Shown piece after piece: positions 53,801 to 64,000 of a DNA stretch of 64,000 bases. The first letter of the stretch is position 1. Each line of letters begins with the position of its first letter. The notes beneath the pieces are model-generated. The model saw only the letters and a program-made list of their open reading frames with translations, made no database searches and was not told where the DNA came from. The translations under genes and the position numbers were made by a program. Source of the DNA: Macrostomum hystrix (lineage: Eukaryota; Animalia; Platyhelminthes); contig CATNEN010000033.1 in the NCBI GenBank assembly GCA_950097015.1, positions 4,960,001-5,024,000 of the forward strand. The letters are read 5' to 3'.

Positions 53801-56800
53801 TCACGTCGCTTTTTGTTTTAGTAAACGGTCTACAACAAGTTGCTTAGTTTCAAAAGAAACACGAAAACACCTTATTATGCTCGTATTCCAACAATTTTTT
53901 GATCTTTGCCGCTGGCAGCCACAGCGGGATGAGGAGCGAATTAGGGAGCTGCAGTCCGTGGCCAACAAAATTCCGGTAAAACTTGAATGCAGAGACAAAC
54001 AAAAATGCAACATCTCCATCATCTTATTAGATATTTTCAAATTTCTGTTTAACGTAGCCACAATTTTTATTTGATTTTAGTTTCCTGTTTTGAGTTCCTG
54101 CACCCGTTTGAACAGTGCCGCAACTGGCGTGCACTCCGAGACTGTACAACTATTTTATTTGTCTCTGTGCCTCACTTTCTTGTTTTCAAAGAAATGGCTT
54201 CTCAAAGCAAGACACCTTAAAGCGATCTGTCATCGCATCGTCATCGCATCGTCAAGCGGAAAATTTTTTTCAGAGGATAATCAGCCTCAGACAATCAAAG
54301 TGAAAGTCAGTTTACGGTGCGATATTCGAGTGTGCTTTCTGTTTCCTAGAATTTCCGGATTTTTTGCTTCTTTTGACCAACTTGCGTCGTAAGCAAAGTT
54401 TGAAATCGCGCCAAAAATCCCAAACGACGATTTGAAAAGTTTGTTAAGAATGAAAAGTAGCTATTAAAGGGCTTCGAATGAATAGACTTAAACTGCTCAT
54501 AGGTTAGAGCGACTATGTTCTGTTATAATTTGACATAGTAGAATTCGAATTCCTTTAAATGTTAATATAAAGGGCCAAAAGGTTCTCAACCGCTTACAGA
54601 CTCACTCGCTGGTTCGAGTGCTTCCCTGTTGTTCTCCTGTCACTAAGTTGTGCGTCTTCCGTGGAAAATGTTTTTCTTATCGCTTTGCGCTCCTGTTCCA
54701 GGTCATTCAACTTTAGCTTCCAATGCGCAGGTTTCAAGCAAGGTTAGCTCGAGTGCTCCATCAATTGATATTAATCACTCAGTCACCTATTTCTAAGAAT
54801 ATCTGGAACTGTGATATTATCGTGGCACATTGTAAGCAACAAGTCACAACAGTCGCATTATTACATTTTTTAAAGTCGAATTTCTAAATCTGAAAGATTC
54901 ATAAGTATGAACAATACCGAGTCGCTCCAGAGAAAACTTTTGAAGTTCGGCTAAACTGCTTTATTCTGTATTTTCACAACCTGCATAAACTTTCTTGGCT
55001 ATGCGCAGTCTATTTATATATTGCACTGCGATGTTAATGTATTCACAGCCACAGTCACAGCACTTTTAAACCATTTCTGCTATCAGTGTTGCTCAAATGT
55101 GCACTGCCTATTTTCTCTGTGCCCACAGTCCGATTCAAACCCGCTTAGATGCCCTACACAACAATTCACAGATCCACGTCTATCTAGTTCATTACATTTT
55201 TAGAATGCCAAACCAGAACTACGCCTTGGTTCACAGCTTTGTTAAAACTTCCGGATTTTCAGCCTTCTTTAACAACCCCACTCCGCCAACCCCACCCCGC
55301 CAACCCTGCCCATCACACAACCCCAGCCCCACTACCCGACTCTCAATCTCTGCCAATCTCACTCCGCCATACCCACCAACAACCCCACTCCGCCAACCGC
55401 ACTTCTTCGACCCCACTCCGCCAGCCCCGCACTCCACCAACCCCATGCACTCCGCCAGCCCCACTCCGCCAACCGCACTTAGCCAAACCCCACTCCGCCA
55501 AACCCCACTCCGCCAGCCTCACTCCGCCAACTGCACTTAGCCAAACCCCACTCCGCCAAACCCCACTCCGCCAGCCTCACTTCGCCAGCCGCACTTAGCC
55601 AAACCCCACTCCGCCAAACCCCACTCCGCCAGCCTCACTTCGCCAACCCCACTCCGCCAAACCCCACTCCGCCAGCCCCACTCCGCCAACCGCACTTAGC
55701 CAAACCCCACTCCGCCAAACCCCACTCCGCCAGCCTCACTTCGCCAGCCGCACTTAGCCAAACCCCACTCCGCCAAACCCCACTCCGCCAGCCTCACTTC
55801 GCCAACCCCACTCCGCAAAGCCCACTCCGCCAACCACATTGTGCCTATCTAACTCTCTCCCCCATTCGATCGACTCGATCATCCGCAGAGTGAGGCCCGC
55901 GACTGGTGCCACGCGGCCACCTGCATCCTGGAGGATCTGGGCTTTCCCTACCACATGATCCCGGATCCCACTCTCGTGGCCAACCTGACACGGGATCCGC
56001 GCCAGCCGACGCAAAGTAGCCAGGCGACGCAGCCGACGATGCCGATCGAGGACTCACTGCTGGCTCTGCAGGGTCGGCGATTCGAAACGTCGGACGCCAG
56101 TCAGGCAGCCGAGCCAGCTGAGCAGGCTGCTGACGGGTAAACAAGCTCTTTTAAGACACCTGGCTTGCGTGGAGTTGGACTTGAGTGTCACGAGTTTTTA
56201 AGTCCAAACTTAGTAATTATACAAGTTGAGCAATCAATTACCTCGATTTCAGGCAGCAGAAGCAGCAAAAAGTTGAGTTCGCTTCCCCAGAAGCAGCAGA
56301 GGCAGTGGAGCCAGATGCACCGGAGACTCCACTTCCCCAGCAGCAACAGCAGCAGCAGGAGGAGCCGCTGGATGAAACCGTGCAGGCCATTGGACCGGAC
56401 CTTAATGTGCACTCGCGCAGCCTGTCGCAGTCGCCGGAATCGCCTCCGCAGGACGTCGTCGTCATGGAGCCGGGCGTCCGAGCACAGACTCCTGACGCCG
56501 GCCGAGCCTTCGAAGCCCTCGGCGCCGTGCAGCAGCTGCAAGGCCAGCTCAGGGAGGCCGAGCTGCGAGCCACGGAGGCGGAGGACAGGCAGGTGACAGC
56601 CGAGCTGGAACTGCAGGCGTCGAAGGAGCGCGAGGCGATTCTGGCAGCCAAGGTCAGCATTCCCCTCATCTTAGCCTACTCAAATTTGAGCAATGTACTC
56701 ACTTTCCACTCCTAATATTTCAGTTATATTTTCACATCTAATAGTTCACTCTAAGCAGCATTTGAGGTCACTCTAATCAGCATTTGAGTTCACTCTAACC

Positions 56801-57066
56801 AGAATTTGAGTTCACCAGAATTTGAGGGTTCACTCTAACCGGTATTTGAGTTCACTCTAACCAGCATTCGAGTCCACTCTAACCGGTATTTTGAGTTCAC
56901 TCTAACCGGTATTTGAGTTCACTCTAATCATCCTTGAGTACATAATATCAAACAATGCTAACTATGCTCATTATACTCATTGCAGCTCGAAGCGCTGAAG
57001 AAGGAGCTGGAGGAGGCTCGTGCGCCACCGCCGCCAGAGGAGAAGAAGCCGGAGCTGCTGACTTGA
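47877..57066 (+). CDS. axdnd1: Axonemal dynein light chain domain-containing protein 1-like
   Basis: Exons: 47877-47964, 48294-48570, 48677-48928, 49358-49414, 49483-50014, 50666-50997, 51886-52366, 53236-53667, 55889-56136, 56253-56652, 56986-57066. All GT-AG with matching phases. Motifs GAGKDISFLYD, MFPSLKP and [27 protein letters not shown] match AXDND1. Confidence 0.88.
47981..48215 (+). promoter_or_regulatory. Five periodically spaced CCAATCAGAA (CCAAT-box) motifs in axdnd1 intron 1
   Basis: CCAAT at 47981, 48035, 48086, 48139 and 48204; the sequence between them is diverged. Confidence 0.5.
49043..49275 (-). mobile_element. tRNA-derived SINE, family A copy 2 (internally shortened)
   Basis: Reverse-complement match to copy 1. 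Head GGGGGTGAGTGGCAGAGCGG; TAA-type tail at about 49043-49056. Confidence 0.8.
50068..50535. repeat. Minisatellite, 17-bp unit GTCATTAATCACAGGTG
   Basis: Direct inspection. Confidence 0.96.
51090..51205 (+). mobile_element. Fragment of a second tRNA-derived SINE with a CORE/V-like motif
   Basis: B box GGTTCGATTC at about 51144, followed by GTCCTTGGGCAAGGCTGTTAATTCC, resembling the CCTTGGGCAAG core motif of CORE/V-type SINEs. Truncated where family A copy 3 begins. Confidence 0.5.
51214..51520 (+). mobile_element. tRNA-derived SINE, family A copy 3
   Basis: Colinear with copy 1 over about 300 bp (GCCTGACGATGAGAAA; GTGCGTGTGTGCTC(A/G)GGAGTCAG; TCGCTGGCTGCG). Confidence 0.8.
52615..53130. repeat. 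Minisatellite, 12-bp unit TATTAGAGACGC
   Basis: Direct inspection. Confidence 0.95.
55270..55835. repeat. C-rich minisatellite CCCCACTCCGCCAAA with higher-order blocks
   Basis: Direct inspection. Confidence 0.9.
56760..56930. repeat. Degenerate minisatellite, about 22-bp unit TTGAGTTCACTCTAACCGGTAT
   Basis: Direct inspection. Confidence 0.85.
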
Positions 57067-57679
57067 GCAGAGATGCACGACCCGAACAGAACAGCCGAGC
57101 AAACGCTATTTGCTTTTTGTGCAGGACTCAGAAACTGAAAATATTTCCTGATTCTAATGATTCCAATTAAGCCATATTTTATATTCTTAGAATTATGCTT
57201 ATTTTTACGCGCGGTTCTACTTCTTACTGAGTAGCATGAAGGGTGCGCCACTACAAAACTGCTGAGATATCCGTCCATCAAAATATTTTGATCAATGTTT
57301 TAGAAACTATATATTTGTGACTATGTGGTGCAGTTTTATGCTTTAATACTTTTACTCGTATTTACTTTGTTGTATAAAAATTGTCACTATCAAAAACTCT
57401 GAACACACTACTGCTGGTGAGTAGTAGCGAGCGCGTCTAGTTTAATACTGGCCTAAAACTCTCGATGTGCTGTAGAGCGCGTAGATTTTAATTTACAAAA
57501 ATATAATAACGAATAAATTTAGATTGGAGGATTTGAGATGCACTCACCTCCACTGACAAGAGTCACAATAACGAAAATGTTGTTTCGTGTTAAGTTTTTT
57601 TTCTAGCGCGATTCCTGCCGCGAAAAATTCTACGACTCACAAGAAAAATTCTAAACTATACAGTTCCTGATGCGATTCG

Positions 57680-58490
57680 ATTGGTCATCTTGCTGCGATT
57701 CCATTGACAGACCCTGCTGCGATTCTATTGACAGACCCTGCTTCGATTCTATTGACAGATCCTGCTTCGATTCTATTGGCAGATCCTGCTTCGATTCTAT
57801 TGGCAGATTTAGCTTCGATTCTATTGGCAGATCCTGCTTCGATTCAATTGACAGATCCTGCTTCGATTCTATTGACAGATCCTGCTTCGATTCTATTGAC
57901 AGATCCTGCTTCGATTCCATTGACAGATCCTGCTTCGATTCTATTGGCAGATTCTGCTTCGATTCTATTGGCAGATCCTGCTTCGATTCCATTGACAGAT
58001 CCTGCCTCGATTCAATTGGCAGATCCTGCTTCGATTCAATTGACAGATTTTGCTTCGATTCTATTGGCAGATTCTGCTTCGATTCTATTGGCAGATCCTG
58101 CTTCGATTCTATTGGCAGATCCTGCTTCGATTCTATTGGCAGATTTTGCTTCGATTCTATTGGCAGATTTTGCTTCGATTCTATTGGCAGATTTTGCTTA
58201 GATTCCATTGACAGATCCTGCTTCGATTCAATTGACAGATCCTGCTTCGATTCAATTGGCAGATCCTGCTTCGATTCAATTGACAGATCCTGCTTCGATT
58301 CTATTGACAGATCCTGCTTCGATTCAATTGACAGATCCTGCTTCGATTCTATTGACAGATCCTGCTTCGATTCCATTGACAGATCCTGCTTCGATTCTAT
58401 TGGCAGATTCTGCTTCGATTCTATTGGCAGATCCTGCTTCGATTCCATTGACAGATCCTGCTTCGATTCTATTGGCAGATCCTGCTTCGA
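57680..58490. repeat. Minisatellite, 24-bp unit GATTCTATTGACAGATCCTGCTTC
   Basis: Direct inspection. Confidence 0.95.
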
Positions 58491-59439
58491 CTACAACCTT
58501 TGGCTTTTACGATTCCAGCTACATATGAAATATTATTTTTATAAAAATCAGTACCCATTTTTTTTCAATTTGGTAATTGTTAATAAGTCACAGACTCACA
58601 CTGCTACTCACAGTAAGTCAGTGTGTATAATTGACATAATTAATAAGAACGAAAATGCTTACAGCAGATCAGTAAGATCAAAGCAACATTTTCTTAAGCT
58701 CTCGCCGACGTAGATAAGCAGAAAATGCCAGACTAAATGTAGAAATAGAATAAATTGCACACCGTACTAATTGAATGCAATCGTAGCTAGAAATAAATTG
58801 CGAGTAGTATGTATAGCAAAATAGCCCCTAAAAATAGGATTCCTGACCATTACTGAATGGCAGAATATTTAATACGGAAAATATGAATGATTATAAATGG
58901 TATTAAGCAGCGCGAAAAAAAGTAGCAAAATAAACAAATAGCTGTGTGGGCTTTTATTATGTTCTGAGCAGCTGCGCGAAAGTTAGTACAACCATGCCTT
59001 AAAAATGCCTCGCTAGCCAAGAATTTACCGCTAGTGTCGCTTGCGAGTAAACGGCGTGAGTAACTATACCTAAATCCAACGGTTTAAATGCTTCGGCATC
59101 TTCATAGTCAGCGCCTGCTCTAATCAATCGCGCAGATGCTCAACGCAAAAATTCTCTAAAAAAATGAAAAATGGACAAAACTTGCACAGCTGAGAAAATT
59201 AAATAGGCGGATCGACACTAAAATTAATAGAGAATTGCGCTGCCAGAATTTGCATTTGTACTAAAATGATTGCAAATGTAAATTGTGTAAATATATCATT
59301 AAAAAGACACGGGTTGTTTGGCATGCGCGAATGTCAGAAATAATTTGTTTAGACATCAGAGCCAATTTCGCCTGAGTACAGACTCACAGAGAGTAATAGA
59401 TTGTAACACGGACTGCGATAAATTATATGCAAAAGACAC

Positions 59440-60090
59440 ACGAGACATGAGAAACGTGAGGAAATGAGAGATGGTTGACAGAGACATGAGAAACGTGAGG
59501 AAATGAGAGATGGTTGACAGAGACATGAGAAACGTGAGGAAATGAGAGATGGTTGACAGAGACATGAGAAACGTGAGGAAATGAGAGATGGTTGACAGAG
59601 ACATGATAAACGTGAGGAAATGAGAGAAGATTGACAGAGACATGAGAAACGTGAGGAAATGAGAGAAGATTGACAGAGACATGAGAAACGTGAGGGAATG
59701 AGACAAGGTTGACAGAGACATGATAAACGTAAGGAAATGAGACAAGGTTGACAGAGACATGAGAAACGGGAGGAAATGAGACAAGGTTGACAGAGACATG
59801 AGAAACGTGAGGAAATGAGAGATGGTTGACAGAGACATGAGAAACGTGAGGAAATGAGAGATGGTTGACAGAGACATGAGAAACGTGAGGAAATGAGAGA
59901 TGGTTGACAGAGACATGAGAAACGTGAGGAAATGAGAGATGGTTGACAGAGACATGAGAAATGTGAGGAAATGAGAGATGGTTGACAGAGACATGAGAAA
60001 CGTGAGGAAATGAGAGATGGTTGACAGAGACATGAGAAATGTGAGGAAATGAGAGATGGTTGACAGAGACATGAGAAATGTGAGGAAATG
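59440..60090. repeat. Minisatellite, 39-bp unit GACAGAGACATGAGAAACGTGAGGAAATGAGAGATGGTT
   Basis: Direct inspection. Confidence 0.95.
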
Positions 60091-60169
60091 AGAAGGGTGC
60101 AAGGAAAGCAGACAAAAAAATGAGAAATTAGAGTGATGGAAACATGCATGAGAAAGTGAGGATCTAGAG

Positions 60170-63100
60170 TCAGTGGTGCAGCAGCTCGCACAGGTAGGTA
60201 ACGGCAGTGATGGGGCTGGCCATGTGCTGGTTGGCTGACCGTTTCATCACCCAGTCCGGCTCCACGCGAACCAGCAGGGCGCCCGAGGCCTTTAACTGGC
60301 TGACCAGGCGGCTCTCCTCCAGGCCGGCCCGCCTCAGGAGGGCGTCTCGGGTCTCCCGCAGGCGGACCGTGGCCCGGCGGGACAGGGCGAAGCCGCTGGA
60401 CACCAGCGAAGCCAGCAGGCCGGCGCAGGCCTTCACCAGCTCCTTCAGCGGCGTGGCGGGGTGGGCGAGGGGAGTTAGGCCTGTCTGTCCCATCACAATA
60501 TCCTGCCTGCCAGCCTCACCTTATCCCTTGACTGTCTCACCTTATCCTATTTCTGTCTCACTTATCCCTTGTCTGTCTCACCTTATACCTTGACTGTCTC
60601 ACCTTATCCTATTTCTGTCTCACCTTATCCCTTGACTGTCTCACTTATCCCTTGACTGTCTCACACTGCTCATTTGCCTCTCTCACATGTCAACAGGTCA
60701 GTCGTCAAGGAACACGCCAGCTCACCTGTTGCAACGGAGAGGCCCGAACAACCGCGCCGGACACCAAAGCGTCGGTCAAGACGTCGCCAGCATTGGCCGG
60801 ACACTCTTTGGCCACGCTGGCGGCGGTGGCCGAGTGCCGAATGAGATTGTGTAGCACCTGCACACTGTGCAGCACAATGTACTGGTGCGGCAGGCTCCGG
60901 TTGCAGCCGGCCATCAGTGCGAACAGGGCGGAGACTGCGCCAGCCTGCGCAGATTGGTTTGCGGTAGTGAATAGCTTTTATAGGCTTGCACGTTTTCAAT
61001 TAAATAAGCTTTTCTCCCCAAAGACAACCTCAGTCTCACCTGGCTGCAGAGCAGTTCGCACAGCTTGGCGGAGTGGCTAGTGCCGGCGCGCAGGTCGGCC
61101 AGCTGCTGGGCCACAGCCGCTGGCGGTTGCTGGCGCGCGAAACGGAGCGCCGATCGAGCGCGCGCCAGGAGACGCCGTTCCGGGTAGCGACAGGCGTCGG
61201 CGTAAGCCGCAGAGATTCGACGACGCAACTGCGGCATGGCGGCCACCTGGCAGCGGGCGCGAACTCGCCAGCCGCGGAAGGCCGCCTGCAGAGTCGTGGC
61301 CGCCCGACTACGCTGCTCCTGCTCCGATTGCTGGCGTCTGAGTCGCCTGGCAACTAAGCCACGCCAGGCACGTTGGATGCGGCAGGCGGCAAGGCTCTCA
61401 GATTGACGCTGAAGCTCCAGCCTTACTTGATCCCTTTTCTGCTGCTCAAGTTGCTCCTGCTCGAGTCTCTCCTGCTCAAGTCGTTCCTGTTCAATTCGCT
61501 CCAGCTCAAAACGTTCCTGTTCAAGTCGCGCCTGCTCAAGCCGTTCCTGCTCAAGCCGTTCCTGCTCAAGCCGTTCCTGCTCAAGCCGCTCCTGCTCAAG
61601 GCGTTCCCGTTCTATGCGTTGTTGCTCAATCCGTTCTTGTTCAAGCCGTTCCTGCTCAATCCGTTCTTGTGTAAGGCGTTGCTGCTCAAGGCGTTCCTGC
61701 TCAATCCGTTCTTGTTTAAGGCGTTGCTGCTCAAGGCGTTGCTGCTCAAGGCGTTCCTGCTCAATCCGTTCCTTGTCAATCCGTTCCTGCTCAAGGCGTT
61801 CCTGCTCAAGGCGTTCCTGCTCAAGGCGTTCTTGTTCAAGCCGTTTCTGTTCAAGCCGTTCCTGGTCAAGCCGTTCTCGTTCCAGTCGCTCCAGCTCAAG
61901 CCGCTCCTGCTCAAGCCGCTCCTGCTCAAGCCGTTCTCGTTCCAGTCGCTCCAGCTCAAGCCGCTCCTGCTCAAGCCGTTCCTGCTCGAGCCTCTCTTGC
62001 TCAAGCCGTTCCTGCTCAATTCGCTCCTGCTCAAGTCGTTCCTGCTCAAGCCGCTCCTGCTCAAGCCGCTCCTGCTCAAGCCATTCCTGCTCAAGCCGTT
62101 CCTGCTCGAGCCGTTCCTGCTCGAGCCTCTCCTGCTCAAGCCTCTCCTGCTCAAGCCGTTCCTGCTCAAGCCGTTCCTGCTCAATTCGCTCCCGCTCAAA
62201 CCGTTCCTGCTCAAGTCGCTCCTGCTCAAGCCGTTCCTGCTCAATTCGCTCCCGCTCAAGCCATTCCTGCTCAAGTCGTTCCTGCTCGAGCCGTTCCTTC
62301 TCAAGTCGCTCGTGCTCAAGCCGTTCGCATTCCAACCTTTCCTGCTCGAGCCGCTCTTGCTCAAGCCGTTGTCGTTCTAGCCTCTCCTGCTCCCTCCGTC
62401 TAGTGAAGAACAGGCGCCATGCCCGCTGTACAGTGCAAGCAGCATGCACTCGTGCAAGCCTCTCGCGTTCCATCCGTCTCAATCGATGCGCCCTCCAAAC
62501 CTCTTGAATGCACAACGCTGCTGCCAGTCTGCGAGCCAGCCAGCTTGTCACGTGACTCTGCAGCGCCGCGAAAGCCCGATTACGCCTGCTAATCCGATAA
62601 TTGGTCAGGATGACCAGGATTGCTCGCCGACGCCGGCGCCGCTCAATCTCGCGTCGAATCCGGCCCAGACGGATCTGCCGCCCGTACCGATACCAGCGCT
62701 GGATGGAGCTTGCGGCCGCGGAGCGTCGAGCCGCCTCCTCGTCGCGCAGGCAGCGGACCGGAGTGTCGGCCGGCTTGCAGGACGGCCCAGGTGTGCCGGG
62801 CCAGAAGCCGATGCCGAAATCGGTGACGGTAGCGACGAAGCAGCTAGCATTTTCTGCTGGCAGCGCGTCGACGCGATCTTCCTGCGCGGCGGGTGGACCG
62901 GTGCGCTGTGCCCGACGCCGGCGCCAGGCCGCCTGAATGACGCGAGCGGCTCGGGACTCGGTGTTGAGATTCAACAGGCAGCCAGCCAGGGCGGCCAGCT
63001 GAGCGAGCAGCATGCTGCGGTCCGGCCGGTCTGACGAAGTCGGCAGAATGAGCGCCGGACACTGTCCCAGCTCAGCTAACCGTTCAGACACGGTGCGCCA

Positions 63101-64000
63101 ATCTTGATCCTCTTCGGCGCTGGAGGCCGGTGGCGCGGCGCAGTAGTGCCTTAGCAACCGCATGACAACGCGACTATCGTCCTCGGCCGGAGGCGGTAGA
63201 CCAGCTGGCCAATCGAAGGCGGCCACGCAGGCGGCCCAGCAGGGCAGGAGGCTGGCCGGTTTCGGGTCGGTGGGGGCCGGCGGGCAAGCGGCGCCGCGGT
63301 CGTGGAGGGCGCGTCGAAGGGCGCGGATTTCGAAAAGGAGGCGGCCAACTAGCTTGGGATCCTCAGCCAGGGCAAAGCGAGCCAGGCAGCGCCAGAGTAG
63401 GCTTAGTGTTTTCTCTCTGTGGCCGTCAACAATATCGCGCGGGTCGATCGGGTTGCCTGGAGTAGGGATGAAGTCATGGAGGTAAGGGAGGTCAATAGAA
63501 TGGCATGATAACTTCGGAAAATTATCAAATCTTTAGTGGTGAAGATAATATATAATGTACTATCTTGATTAATTAACTACTACATGATCCCAGATCCTAG
63601 ATACCAGATCCTAGATCCCAGATCCTAGCTCCCAGATCCTAGATCCCAGATCCTAGATCCTAGATCCCAGATCCTAGATCCCAGATCCTAGATCCCAGAT
63701 CCTAGATCCCAGATCCTAGATCCCAGATCCTAGATCCCAGATCCTAGATCCTAGATCCTAGATCTTAGATCCCAGATCCTAGATCCTAGATCCCAGATCC
63801 CAGATTCCAGATCCTAGATCCCAGATCCTAGATCCCAGATCCTAGATCCCAGATCCCAGATTCCAGATCCCAGATGGATACCTAACTAATACAAGGTAAA
63901 GAAAGTAAGGTAATAGAATGGCTGAAATGATATAGCCAATGCAATGTACGACAGATGGGCACTCACCGGAGGTCCAATCCAGCGACACGCCCAGTCCGCG
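60170..64000 (-). CDS. aspm: ASPM/abnormal spindle-like protein (3' part: CH domains, IQ motifs, EQERL repeat, C-terminal Arm-like domain)
   Basis: Exons (minus): >64000-63967, 63456-61040, 60944-60726, 60442-60170 (last acceptor inferred from a CTAAC branch point + AAG). Motifs [16 protein letters not shown] (ASPM CH), about 8 IQ-like motifs, and [20 protein letters not shown] (ASPM IRSCNRSIP). Confidence 0.87.
60515..60665. repeat. Minisatellite, 21-bp unit CTCACCTTATCCCTTGACTGT (aspm last intron)
   Basis: Direct inspection. Confidence 0.9.
61405..62392 (-). repeat. Coding 15-bp repeat encoding about 65 EQERL-type pentapeptides in ASPM
   Basis: In frame between IQ motifs, with synonymous codon variation between units. 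Confidence 0.9.
63585..63875. repeat. 7-bp repeat GATCC(C/T)A (aspm intron)
   Basis: Direct inspection. Confidence 0.93.

Noticed and set aside
54600-54720. Nested antisense exon (LKLNDLEQERKAIRK..., followed by GTGAGT) in an axdnd1 intron
   Set aside because: Short, with a weak acceptor and no partner exons or homology found.
60914-61039. C-terminal tail [10 protein letters not shown]... of track ORF 60914..63226
   Set aside because: Intron sequence after the CAG|GTGAGA donor at 61040.

Overview
Eukaryotic (metazoan) genomic DNA. GC-rich, Ala/Gln-rich exons and introns packed with minisatellites suggest the flatworm Macrostomum (inference, not verified). Seven protein-coding genes were reconstructed from reading frames and splice phases. 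On the minus strand: a dispatched-like gene (runs off the left edge), a CCM2/malcavernin-like gene, TopBP1, the ACAA2-like thiolase and an ASPM/asp-like gene (runs off the right edge). On the plus strand: SPATA6-like and AXDND1-like genes. Mobile DNA comprises a deleted Ty3/Gypsy copy with an intact integrase and a single LTR, plus several tRNA-derived SINEs. About 30 unrelated tandem arrays (7-41 bp units, plus one degenerate ~53-bp array) generate most ORFs in the supplied track; those ORFs are spurious. The most notable observations are: (1) a second CCM2 terminal exon 5.4 kb downstream of the first, ending in the identical peptide PMGHAHRF; (2) an ACAA2 CDS that starts at a splice acceptor exactly one Met short of full length, fitting AUG donation by a flatworm spliced leader within a possible operon; (3) an ASPM whose IQ array is split by about 65 EQERL pentads; (4) a Gypsy insertion lacking its 5' LTR but bounded by TG...CA and a GTAC duplication; (5) a GC-AG intron in TopBP1. 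No CRISPR array, rRNA or intact tRNA gene was found.
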